A stretch of DNA of 64,000 bases from an uncultured Gemmatimonadales bacterium. GTDB lineage: Bacteria; Gemmatimonadota; Gemmatimonadetes; Gemmatimonadales; GWC2-71-9. The stretch lies in assembly GCA_963695555.1 (NCBI GenBank), contig CAVOGR010000001.1:704001-768000 (forward strand), written 5' to 3'. Below the pieces are notes generated by a model. It was not told where the DNA came from and searched no databases. It was given only the letters and a program-made list of their open reading frames with translations. How positions within the stretch are numbered: position 1 is the first letter of the stretch; the number at the start of each line of letters is the position of its first letter. Of the stretch, positions 9,686 to 19,576 are shown one piece after another. A program made the translations under genes and the position numbers.

Positions 9686-10705
9686 ATGCGACTAGAAGCC
9701 GAAATCCTGAATCTCCGCACCAAGCATCCCTTCGTCATCGCCCGCGGCGGGAAGAGCGACTACCCCAATGTGTGGATCCGCCTGATCGACGACGACGGCG
9801 TCGAGGGCTGGGGCGAGGCGACGCCCAGCGCCTACTACGGCGAGACGGCGCAGACGGTGCTTGCCGCACTCGAGAAGTACGCGACCGCGCTGCCCAAGGA
9901 CCCGATGAACCTCGAGGAAGCCGAGCGGGCTATCGAGGCGGTGCAGCGGCACAACCCCTCCGCCCGGGCCGGCCTTTCGGGGGCGTTGCACGATCTGGTG
10001 GGCAAGCGGCTGGGCATTCCGGTGTATCAATTGTGGGGACTCGATCCCGCGAAGGCGCCCCAATCGACCTTCACCATCGGGATCGATACGACCGACATGA
10101 TGCGGCAGAAGGTTCTCGAGGCCGAGCAATATCCCATCCTCAAGATCAAACTCGGGGCGGGGAAGGCGCGCGATATCGAGATCCTCGAGACCATCCGGAG
10201 TGCGACCGACAAGGAACTCCGCGTCGACGCCAACGCCGCCTGGACCGTCAAGAATGCGATCCAGATGCTGCCGGTGTTGCAGGAGTTTGGTGTGACCGTG
10301 TTGGAGCAGCCCCTGGCGCCGCACGATCTCGAGGGCTTCTCGCTGCTGCGCCATCACTCGACCATCCCGATTTTTGCTGACGAGAGCTGCTTGGTGGCGA
10401 CCGACGTGCCGAAGTTGGTGGGCCGGGTGGACGGCGTGAACATCAAGCTGGCCAAGTGCGGCAGCCTGCGTGAGGCCATCCGCATCATTCACGTGGCGCG
10501 GGCCAACGCGATGATGGTGATGGTCGGGTGCATGATGGAGAGTTCGATCGGCATCACCTCGGCGGCGCACTTCACCCCGCTGGTCGACATCGTCGACCTG
10601 GACGGCGCCGCACTGCTCGCTCACGATCCCTTCATCGGCGCCAACATCGACGGCGGCCAGGTCACGCTTCCCACCGGACCGGGCCTCGGCCTGTCGCGGC
10701 GATGA
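9686..10705 (+). CDS. Dipeptide epimerase (L-Ala-D/L-Glu epimerase, enolase superfamily)
   Basis: GWGE, KIKLG, RVDAN, EQP, ADES, NIKLAKCG, DLDG. Confidence 0.93.
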   Translation: MRLEAEILNLRTKHPFVIARGGKSDYPNVWIRLIDDDGVEGWGEATPSAYYGETAQTVLAALEKYATALPKDPMNLEEAERAIEAVQRHNPSARAGLSGALHDLVGKRLGIPVYQLWGLDPAKAPQSTFTIGIDTTDMMRQKVLEAEQYPILKIKLGAGKARDIEILETIRSATDKELRVDANAAWTVKNAIQMLPVLQEFGVTVLEQPLAPHDLEGFSLLRHHSTIPIFADESCLVATDVPKLVGRVDGVNIKLAKCGSLREAIRIIHVARANAMMVMVGCMMESSIGITSAAHFTPLVDIVDLDGAALLAHDPFIGANIDGGQVTLPTGPGLGLSRR

Positions 10706-10718
10706 CCGCTCCGCGGCG

Positions 10719-10951
10719 TTGGCGGAGGCTGTCTGGAACCGCGCCACGAGAGGACACGAAGCACCTGCTACGCCCCAGGTGGATTTCAGCCAGCACGCGC
10801 TGATCGAAGCGTCGAGTGCTGGCCCAATCGGCGACGAGATTCGTATCGACAGCCTTGGAACTCAGGGCCAGGACATCATTGCGGTCGTTTGGACTGTGAG
10901 GTTCTGCTCGCCATTCAGGACGGAGGTAGCCCCAGTGGACATGGTACTGTA
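10719..10951 (+). pseudogene. Truncated paralog of the PrcB-like lipoprotein at 15905, cut by IS3
   Basis: VWNRAT...PQVDFSQH...DEIRIDSL...DIIAVVWTVRFCSPF...APVDMVL aligns with VWARAT...PRVDFSRH...DEIRIDSL...DIIAVVWTMRLCSPF...APVDMVL. Confidence 0.85.
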
Positions 10952-11021
10952 CGGTAAGCTCCCCTATCGCGTAGACAGTTGAAGGTGGACTTTCGGATGC
11001 CCGGTTGGAAGGGAGCGAGGC

Positions 11022-11288
11022 ATGCGGAAGAGCCGATTCACGGAGGCCCAGATCGTCGCGGTATTGAAGGAGGGGGAGGCTGGGGTGCCGGTGGCCGAGA
11101 TCATCCGGAAGCATGGCATCAGTCGGAACACCTACTTCAACTGGAAGGCCCGGTATGGCGGGGCGACGACCCACGAGCTACGGCGCTTGCGGGAGTTGGA
11201 GGTGGAGAACGCGAAGCTGAAGCGGATGTACGCCGAACTGGCGCTGGAAAACGCTGCGATCAAAGATGTGCTCAACCGAAAGTCGTGA
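11022..11288 (+). CDS. IS3 transposase OrfA (HTH)
   Basis: MRKSRFTEAQI...HGISRNTYFNWKARYGG...ENAKLKRMYA. Confidence 0.95.
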   Translation: MRKSRFTEAQIVAVLKEGEAGVPVAEIIRKHGISRNTYFNWKARYGGATTHELRRLRELEVENAKLKRMYAELALENAAIKDVLNRKS

Positions 11289-12146
11289 CGCCGTCCGCGA
11301 AGCGGCAGGCGATCGAGGCCCAGTTGGTGGGGGCCCAGCCGGATCTCGGTGGTGCGGGCCTGTCGACTGGTGCGGTTGGCGCGGGCGGCCTGGTACCGGC
11401 CGCCAGTCCCTGCCCTCGAGCGCGACGCCGCCGTGGTGGCGGCCCTCACGGCCGTGGTGGCGCAGCACGGGCGGTGGGGCTTCTGGAAGTGTTACGCCTG
11501 GCTGCGCAACCAGGGGCACCCGTGGAATCACAAGCGGGTGCATCGCGTGTACTGCGCCTTGCGGCTCAACCGGGCGCGCCGGACGAAGCGGCGGGTGCCG
11601 CGGCGGCCGGGCGTGCCCCTCATGGCCCCACCAACGCTGAACCGGACGTGGGCGCTGGACTTCATGCGGGACACGCTCTACGACGGGCGCGTCTTCCGGA
11701 TCCTCACTGTGCTGGATCACGGCAACCGGGAGGCCTTGGCGATCGAGCCTGGCTTCTCGCTGCCCAGCCGCCGCGTACAGGCGGCGCTGGACGAGCTGAT
11801 CACGCGGCACGGGCCCCCGGCCGCCCTGCGGATGGACAACGGACCGGAGTTCATCGCGGTGACGTTGGCGGCCTGGGCCGAGGCTCGCGGTATCGTCCTC
11901 GACTTCATTCAACCCGGCAAGCCCGCGCAGAACGCCTTCATCGAGCGCTTCAACCAGAGCTATCGGGCCGAAGTGCTCGACGCCCACGTCTTCACCTCGC
12001 TGGCCGAGGTCCGGGCCATCAGCGAGACCTGGCGGGGGCAATACAACATGGAGCGGCCCCACGACAGCCTCGGGCGGGTGCCGCCCCTCACGTTTCTCCC
12101 GAGGCCCACGAGCATCCTGGAGTACCAGCTTCAAGTGTCTGCGTAG
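11285..12146 (+). CDS. IS3 transposase OrfB (rve/DDE); extra frameshift near 11330-11345
   Basis: WNHKRVHRVY, WALDF, MDNGPEF, PGKPAQNAFIERFN, YNMERPHDSLG. Confidence 0.93.
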
Positions 12147-12225
12147 CGGGGAAGCTTACCGAGGCAGCGCTCACCACCGCGATTCTCTCTTCATCAGTCC
12201 GAATTTCTGTCCTCCACTGTGTCGA

Positions 12226-12277
12226 GCTAGGGTTTTCCCTAGCAGTTCTTCATATCTACTAGGGTTTTCCCTAGTAG
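12226..12277. promoter_or_regulatory. Two CTAGGG-TTTT-CCCTAG inverted-repeat sites upstream of the S8 gene
   Basis: GCTAGGGTTTTCCCTAGC (12226-12243) and CTACTAGGGTTTTCCCTAGTAG (12256-12277), centres 32 bp apart. Confidence 0.7.
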
Positions 12278-12456
12278 TCCATTCAAAGTCGACTCTCGTG
12301 GAGATCTTCGGCGCTTGACGTGGCTCCGCGTGCAGGCCATATGATGTTCACATCCCCAGTTTAGAGTTGGTTGAGAGTTGGTTGATACCTTGGCTGTGGT
12401 CTGTGTCGCACACACGTGTTCGTACCTTGGAATCCGTTCTAGGCCGGAGAGACTCC

Positions 12457-15400
12457 ATGCATTCACGATCCCCTCATCGGCTCGTCTTGCTCAGTCTGAC
12501 TGTGCTGGCAATCGCTGCGTGTCGCGATGAATTCGAACCCTCTACGCATAACGACATTCCGGGGGTTGCCTTCGCGGCAGTGGCTACGAGTGACACTGCG
12601 TTCGCGAGCATGGACACCTATATCAACGAAGGGAAGCCCGACGAGAATTTCGGAAACCTGCATAGGCTCCGTCTCCGTAAGGCTGGCCGCAACCGGGCGC
12701 TGGTCCTTTTCGACCAGGCGGCGATCCAGGCCGCCGTCGGGACCGGTACCCTCGTATCGGCGACGCTCGAGCTGACTATCAGGTCGGACAAGAACGACGA
12801 CTGGCCACCTTCCGGGGGTACGATCGACATCCACCGCATGAACCAGAGTTGGGCAGAGCTGGGAGCGACATGGCATTGTGCTGCGGACTCTGATGTCACG
12901 AATAGCCAGCCGGATTGCCCCGCTACCTCCTGGGACATGGCCGGAGCTCCCCCATGGGAACCCTCGGTAACCGCCCAGGCGCTGATCACGAATGGTCAGA
13001 CAGGGGTCGTATCGTTTGAGGTAACGCAGGATGTAGCGGCTTTCCTCAGTGGAACGGCCAACCACGGCTGGATCGTCAAGAAGGCCGACGAGAGCCAGTC
13101 TGGGACCGTTCTCTTCCACTCTCGGGACGTCAATCAACCGAGCAACACACCGCCAGCGCTCATTCTGACGGTGGCGGCCTCCACAGTGCCGCCGCAGGCG
13201 CCGGACACTTTGCCCGCCTGGGTGTACAGCGACACCAACGTCGTGTCGAACTCCACCGCCATTCCAGCACCATTTCTCAAGAACATTGTAATCGTGGAGT
13301 TTTTCCCGTCTGCCACGCAGGCGGACCGTGAAGCGGCCGTGGCGCTGGTGGGCGGAATTGCCGTGGGAGGCTACCGTCCCTCCCAAGGTGAGGGAGACTA
13401 CTACATCCAGATCGCCGACACCGCGGCCGGCCAAGGGCTCATCGACGCGGTCGACCAGCTCCAGCAACTTCCCCAAGTTCTTCTGGCCACGTACGAAGTA
13501 GCGGTTGACTTTCACTGGCGAAAGCCCAACGACGGCGCGCAGTGGCAGAGCTGGAAGCTTTCCCCAGATTCGGCGTCCTCCGCGAGCATGATGTGGGCCC
13601 TGGAGGCGATAGCGGCACCCCTCGCGTGGGGGTGTAGTGTGGGAGATTCCTCGACGGTCGTCGCGGTGGTCGATGGTGGTTTCAAGGCTGGTCTGCCCGA
13701 CCTCGGTAACCTGAGCATCATGACGCCCGGGGTCACCTCCGCAGGGGAGCACGGAGTGAATGTCTCTAGTGCGCTCGGTGCGACAGGAAACAATGACTCC
13801 CTCATGACAGGGATGATGTGGAAGGGTGACGTGCGCGGCTACGATTTCGGGTACATCAGCCAAGGACCTAATTCCCTCGCCTGGACCAGGTTGGCGATGC
13901 AGCAGCTCCAGCAGGCAGGGAGGGATGGTGCAAAGATCATCAACCTTTCGTTGGGCAAGGACTGGAACCCCAACGTGACGTTAACCCCCCAGAGGAATCT
14001 TCTCTTAACCGTGTACGGCAACAACTTAGAACTTGCTCTCTTGTCCCTTCAGTTGCAGGGCCATGAACCGTTAGTTGTCGTCTCTGCCGGGAACGACCGG
14101 GTCGATGCGGCCTTTAGTGGGTTCCCCAGAGCGAATGCGGTAGGTCGATTGTCTGCTAACCGCATTCTCGTTGTGGGAGGCAGCGACGATCAGAGAAACT
14201 TCTATGTAGACGCCCAGGGGGGGTCGAATGACGGGAACCTGGTGGATGTGGTCGCTCCAGGAAAGCAGGTTGTGTTTCTCGACAGCGTTGGTCAGCTCCA
14301 GAGCGACAATGGAACTTCATTTTCGGCTGCATATGTCAGCGGCATCGCCGGCCTGTTGCTCTCCTTTGACCCTACTCTTACGGCGGTTGAGCTTCATAAC
14401 CTCATCATCGATGGCGCACAGCAAGGCAATCGAACGGTCCCAATCGGTGGAACCCACTACCTTGCCAACGCGTACGAGACCCTCAGGATGGCTGCGCGTC
14501 GGCCCGGTGCCCCCCTCTGCGGCAATCGGGTTTGGACCGTCGGCGGGCAGGTCTTCGCCGAACGGGTGCCCGGCGATCCTCCGGAGCCTCTGGCAACCCT
14601 GGCGGACACGCTGAGCGAGACACGCGTACATCACGGCGGACGCCGGATCGATCTCCGATCGTTCGGCGCGAGACACAGCCTCCTCTACAGCAACGGCACG
14701 TGGACGCCGGCTCCGGACCCGTCGATCCTGCCGGACGGGCTGCCGGGAGGGACGGCGTACTCGTGGCTCGCGATCTCCCACGGCTTCGACAGTATGGCTG
14801 TCCTGGAACCCTCTGGTGGCGCGGGGCCGGACATGGACGTCGGTATCTTCGACGTGTATTCGGGCAGCACCGTCCATCTCGCCACCGTACCGGCTGCCCT
14901 ACCGCCATTATCCTCCTCGGCACAATGCATCCGTCTGCTTGCCCAGTTCACGAGCGACAGTGTCCCGGTCTTCACGGGGTACCGGTGCATTGACTCTGTT
15001 TTTGTGGGCACAGGCTATTCAGCAGGATTCACTCCTTCATTCTCGCCCTTCAGTGATTCCGTTTACGTGGCGGTGACCCTGTCCAGCTCGAGCACGACGA
15101 GCTCGGGGCCTCCAACGGCTCCCTGTCCGTGGTCCCAGCTGCAGAATGGACATGAGACACAACTGTGCACGTCATCGTACACGAGCACCAGTAATGGAGC
15201 GGTGAACACGGATTTCTGGGCAGTGCAGAAAAGGCAGAACGCGACGCCATCCCGCCTGCCATGGTCCATTCCAGGGTCGATTTCAGCTGGCGGTGTGGTC
15301 GGCATGGCCCTCAGCGAAGACGGAACACAAGGAGTATTCGACGTCTATGCTACCTCGAGCAGTACCACCTTCACCCCCCAGACGATCACGACGCAAGGTG

Positions 15401-15582
15401 GTACTACCATCAATGGTTTCTTCGTCAGCAGCTCTCAATCCTCCGAGAGCTGTGCGTATGCTTTCCTCGACCTCGCCAGCGGTCAGCCAACCCGCCAAGC
15501 AGTCGATCTGAGCGGAGCATGCGTCTTCACTGGTGGCGGAGGGACGATTTCGCCGCTGAGAGCGGGGCTGTCCAGGAACTGA
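12457..15582 (+). CDS. Large lipoprotein S8 (subtilisin-like) serine peptidase with N-terminal DNRLRE/CBM96-like domain
   Basis: GGAG RBS, lipobox LAIAAC, DTYINEGKPDENFG...RALVLFD...NHGW domain. Catalytic motifs VAVVDGG, EHGVNVSS, VVSAGND, GTSFSAAYVSG. Confidence 0.9.
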   Translation: MHSRSPHRLVLLSLTVLAIAACRDEFEPSTHNDIPGVAFAAVATSDTAFASMDTYINEGKPDENFGNLHRLRLRKAGRNRALVLFDQAAIQAAVGTGTLVSATLELTIRSDKNDDWPPSGGTIDIHRMNQSWAELGATWHCAADSDVTNSQPDCPATSWDMAGAPPWEPSVTAQALITNGQTGVVSFEVTQDVAAFLSGTANHGWIVKKADESQSGTVLFHSRDVNQPSNTPPALILTVAASTVPPQAPDTLPAWVYSDTNVVSNSTAIPAPFLKNIVIVEFFPSATQADREAAVALVGGIAVGGYRPSQGEGDYYIQIADTAAGQGLIDAVDQLQQLPQVLLATYEVAVDFHWRKPNDGAQWQSWKLSPDSASSASMMWALEAIAAPLAWGCSVGDSSTVVAVVDGGFKAGLPDLGNLSIMTPGVTSAGEHGVNVSSALGATGNNDSLMTGMMWKGDVRGYDFGYISQGPNSLAWTRLAMQQLQQAGRDGAKIINLSLGKDWNPNVTLTPQRNLLLTVYGNNLELALLSLQLQGHEPLVVVSAGNDRVDAAFSGFPRANAVGRLSANRILVVGGSDDQRNFYVDAQGGSNDGNLVDVVAPGKQVVFLDSVGQLQSDNGTSFSAAYVSGIAGLLLSFDPTLTAVELHNLIIDGAQQGNRTVPIGGTHYLANAYETLRMAARRPGAPLCGNRVWTVGGQVFAERVPGDPPEPLATLADTLSETRVHHGGRRIDLRSFGARHSLLYSNGTWTPAPDPSILPDGLPGGTAYSWLAISHGFDSMAVLEPSGGAGPDMDVGIFDVYSGSTVHLATVPAALPPLSSSAQCIRLLAQFTSDSVPVFTGYRCIDSVFVGTGYSAGFTPSFSPFSDSVYVAVTLSSSSTTSSGPPTAPCPWSQLQNGHETQLCTSSYTSTSNGAVNTDFWAVQKRQNATPSRLPWSIPGSISAGGVVGMALSEDGTQGVFDVYATSSSTTFTPQTITTQGGTTINGFFVSSSQSSESCAYAFLDLASGQPTRQAVDLSGACVFTGGGGTISPLRAGLSRN

Positions 15583-15904
15583 GTCGAAGTGCATTACGGC
15601 GGGAACTGGGCTGCCACAAGCCCGCCTGATCGCGGGAGAGGCCAGATGGCTCCGAATGCCGGGAACGTCTACGAACCCAGTGGGTTCGGATCTCCGCCAT
15701 TCACTCTCTGACAGCGTCAGCAGTGAGAGGTGCATGCTTCTGTGGCGATCCTGCGACTTACGAAAGCCGTGGGTCCATACTCCGGACTATGTAGCAATGC
15801 CGGAGCCCACTCGCTTGCCATGATGGCTGACGGAACTCCCGCCGACGCGCAACGATGGTATCTTTGAGACGAGCGCTTATTTCCCACTGGTTCCAAGTCA
15901 AGAG

Positions 15905-16504
15905 ATGACCGGCCTAGTCTCAAACGCCTCGGAGGGACGTGTGGCAATCCGAACGACCCTAGAGTGCCTACCATCTGCGAACGCTGAGCCGAAGAGCGTC
16001 GCTGGAGTGGCGAGTTGTTGTCTGGGTGTCGCCGTTTTCTTGGGAGCTTGCGCAAGTCCTCAACCGGGTGATGGATGGCAGTCGCCCGAGCCGGTCACGA
16101 ATGAACCGGTGCTGGCGCAGCCGGTGGACGCCGAGGCTCGGGTATACCGAAGCGGGAGTAGTGGAATGGGACCGCCTAGAAGGATCGTCGTGCGGGATAG
16201 CATGGAGTGGGATGCGGTTTGGGCCCGCGCCACGAGTAACTATGGTGCGCCACCGCTCAAGCCTCGCGTCGATTTCAGCCGCCACATGGTGCTGGTTGTG
16301 TCGAGCTATGGCTCACCACCCGACGAGATCCGGATTGACAGCCTTGCGGTGCGAGATCGCGACATTATTGCGGTCGTTTGGACCATGAGGTTGTGCTCAC
16401 CCTTTATGAAGCGGGCAGCCCCGGTGGACATGGTCCTCGTGCCCCATACCACCGGAAAGGTGCGGTGGGTGGAGCGAGCGAACCGGCCCAACTGCCTGGA
16501 GTAA
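15905..16504 (+). CDS. Putative lipoprotein with PrcB C-terminal-like domain (true start may be downstream)
   Basis: FLGAC lipobox; RIVVRDSMEWDAVW...PRVDFSRHMVLVV...IRIDSL...PVDMVLVP resembles PrcB_C. Confidence 0.65.
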   Translation: MTGLVSNASEGRVAIRTTLECLPSANAEPKSVAGVASCCLGVAVFLGACASPQPGDGWQSPEPVTNEPVLAQPVDAEARVYRSGSSGMGPPRRIVVRDSMEWDAVWARATSNYGAPPLKPRVDFSRHMVLVVSSYGSPPDEIRIDSLAVRDRDIIAVVWTMRLCSPFMKRAAPVDMVLVPHTTGKVRWVERANRPNCLE

Positions 16505-16641
16505 CTTGAGCCTGAATGCCAGCTGGTCCTTCAGGCTGGCCGCGCGCCGGCTTGAGCGGGTCTCCCGGCCAATGAGTGCGAGCGCCGGAATGAGAGGCAA
16601 GTAGTGCATTCGAGACGCTTTCACGCACGAGTGGCCCAGCC

Positions 16642-19066
16642 ATGACCGCTCCCGGGTATGCCGACGTAGCGCTCCCGCTCCCCATACCCGCGCCCTACAC
16701 CTACCGCATTCCCGACACCCTTGGCGACCGGGTAACACCCGGCGCCAGGGTTGTGGTGCCGGTCAGGAGCCGCGAGGTGATCGGCGTCGTGGTCAAGGTC
16801 GATGTTTCAGAGCCTGAGGGCCAAGTCGAGCTGAAGTCGATCCTGGGCACGCCCGACCCCGAGCCGGCGCTCACGACCGAGCTGCTCGAGGTCGCCACCT
16901 GGATGGCCGGCTATTACGCGGCGCCTATCGGGTTGGCGCTCAAGGCGGTGTTGCCCGGTGGCATGTGGGGTGCGTCGAAGGTGATGCTTCGCGTGGTCGA
17001 TTCATCGAGGGTGCCGGGCGGCTTCGGCGCCGAGTTGCTCAGGTGGGTGGAGGACAAGGGCGGCGAGGCATCGGTCAGTGCGGCGGCCAAGAAATTCAGG
17101 AAGCCGGTGTGGGACGCGGCCGACCGGCTGGCGCGGGTGGGTGCGGTGGAGCTTCGCGTCGAGCCGCCCAAGATTGGCGTCCGGCCCCAGACCGAGCGAG
17201 TGCTGGTGCTCGCGCCTGAGCAGCCGACACTCGTTGAGCGCCAGACGCTGTTCAAGGGGCGTCCCCGCCAGCGCCAACTGTACGAGGCGCTCGAGGAATT
17301 GGGCGGCTCTGCTCCCGTGCCTCACTTAAAGGAACGGCTCGGCTTCAGCGATGGTGTCATCAAGGCCCTGATGGGCCATGGGTTGAGTCGGGTGGAAGAG
17401 GTCGAGACCCTGCGCGACCCCTTCGCCGGTCAGGCAGGCGTCCCGCCACCGCCCGAGCCCACCGATGCACAGGTCGACGCGATCAGCAGACTCGAAACGT
17501 TGAGCCCCGGCGAGGGTGCGCTCTTGTTCGGCGTGACCGGAAGCGGCAAGACGCTGGTGTACTTGGAAGTGATCCGGCGAGCGCTCGAGCGGGGACGGGG
17601 GGCCATCGTGCTGGTGCCCGAGATCGGGTTGACGCCGCAAACCGTGAGTCGGGTGCGCGGCGTCTTCGGCGACAGGGTGGCGGTGCTCCATAGCGGGTTA
17701 TCCGAGGGCGAGCGGGCCGACGCCTGGCGGGCACTCCGTCAGGGCGAACGGATGGTGGCGGTGGGCGCTCGATCGGCGGTCTTCGCGCCTGTCAGAGATC
17801 TCGGTGTTATCGTGATCGACGAGGAGCACGAGGCCACCTACAAGAACGGCGAGACGCCGAGGTACGATGCACGGCAGGTGGCAACGGTGCGCGCCCGGCT
17901 GGAAGGCGCGCGCTTGATCTATGGTAGCGCAACGCCCTCGCTCGATACTGCGGCAAGGTTAGACAAAGACCTGATACGGCTGAGCCTACCCGATCGGGTG
18001 GGTATGCGCCCCATGCCCGAGGTCAAGCTGATCGACTTGAAGCACGAGCCGCTAGTGAACGAGGCCCGCCCCATCCCGTGGAGCGAAGAGCTGGACCGGG
18101 CCGTGGTCCAGACCCTGGAGCGGGGCGAGCAGGCCATGCTGCTGCTCAACCGCCGCGGCTTCGCCTCGTTCTTGATTTGCCCCGACTGCGGCGAGGTGTG
18201 GATGTGCGGCCGCTGCAGCATCTCGCTCACCGTTCACACGGCACCTTCCACGCTGCGTTGTCACTATTGTGGCCGCGAGGAGCCGATCCCTTCCGAGTGC
18301 CCCCGGTGCAGCCACGCCATTCACCGGATGCGCGGCATTGGCACCCAACAACTCGAGCGCATGGTGACCGAGCGTTTCCCCAAGGCTCGGCTTGCCCGAA
18401 TGGACTTGGACACCACCAGTACCAAGTGGTCGCACCACAAGATCCTCGGTGCCGTTGAGCGCGGCGAGGTGGACATCTTGCTCGGCACCCAGATGATCGC
18501 CAAGGGATTGGACTTCCCGAACGTGACGCTGGTCGGGCGTGGTCGACGCCGACACGGCCTTGTACCTACCAGATTTTCGCTCGGCCGAACGCACCTTTCA
18601 GCTGTTGGCGCAGGTGGCGGGACGAACCGGGCGGGGGCCGAAGGGCGGGCGGGTGCTGGTCCAGACCCGGCGGCCCGATCATCATGCGTTACGATACACG
18701 GTCGACCACGACGTCGAGGGCTTCCTGGCCGAGGAGCTGGAGACCCGGAAGAGCCCACCGTATCCACCGGAGGTGGCGCTGGCCAACGTGCTGATGTCCG
18801 GCACCAATGACGTAGCGGTGGGGCGCGAGGCCGCGCGGGTGGCCGACTGGTCGGCTGCGCTGGTGCAGCAGCAGGACCTGCCCGTCACGGTGCTAGGCCC
18901 CGCGCCCGCGCCGTTGGCCAAGATCAAGGACCGGTGGCGCTGGCACGTGGTGTGGAAGGGAGACTCTCAGGCGATTGGGCGGGTGGTGCGGTATGCGGCG
19001 GAGCGGCTGGCGGGGAAGGGTGGGGTGCGGGTGGTGATCGACCGGGATCCGGTGAGTTTGTTGTAG
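16642..19066 (+). CDS. priA: Primosomal protein N'; frameshift near 18535
   Basis: GVTGSGKT, LVPEIGLTPQ, DEEH, LNRRG, four CxxC pairs, GTQMIAKGLDFP, PDFRSAER, QVAGRTGR. Confidence 0.96.
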
Positions 19067-19120
19067 GTTTGCAGGTTGCGCGTCTAAGGATTGTGCAACC
19101 AAGGGAGTGGACCGCTAAAC

Positions 19121-19140
19121 GGCTAGGGTTTTCACTAGCC
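19121..19140. promoter_or_regulatory. Third CTAGGGTTTTC(A)CTAG site
   Basis: GGCTAGGGTTTTCACTAGCC. Confidence 0.6.
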
Positions 19141-19204
19141 TAGAGAATCACACTTGACCCATCCTAGCCAACCTCCGATGCGGGCCTAGCGCGAGCGCGT
19201 GCTC

Positions 19205-19560
19205 TGTCCCCCGGTTCATGCGACACTTAGGGGTCTAGCAGCTGTGCCTCTTTCGGGGTCCGTTCGCGCCGGTACTCCCGTGGCGCGCGGTGCCCCAGCG
19301 CCGAGTGCGGCGCATGTTCGTTGTAGTCCTCGAGCCATTGCGGGAGCTGTCCCAGCACCGCCGCCGCACTCGAGCAGTCGGCCCCGTCCACATAATCCCG
19401 CTTCAGCGTATGCACAAACGCCTCGCTCATCCCATTGGACTGCGGGCTATAGGCCGGCGTCGTGATCGGGTGCAGGTTCAAGCGTTCCGCTTCCCACTCC
19501 GTCGCGAGGGCGGTGTAGATGCTGCCGTTGTCGCTCAGCCACTGGATCGGCTCAGCTCGG
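19205..19560 (-). mobile_element. IS3-family transposase remnant (3' part of orfB and probable right end)
   Basis: WLSDNGSIY...TPAYSPQSNGMSEAFVHTLKRDY...YNEHAPHSALG; TG-starting terminus at 19205; N-terminal part absent. Confidence 0.85.
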
Positions 19561-19576
19561 CAGTAGGAGACTCGGT

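Larger units (their letters stand above)
10952..12161 (+). mobile_element. IS3-family insertion sequence (~1.2 kb, IS407-group-like)
   Basis: Imperfect terminal inverted repeats CGGTAAGCTCCCCTATCGCGTAGACAGTTGAA and TTCAAGTGTCTGCGTAGCGGGGAAGCTTACCG enclose orfA/orfB. Confidence 0.93.

Noticed and set aside
15583..15904. Structured ncRNA between the S8 and PrcB-like genes
   Set aside because: Only short possible stems and no recognisable family; an Infernal/Rfam search would be needed.
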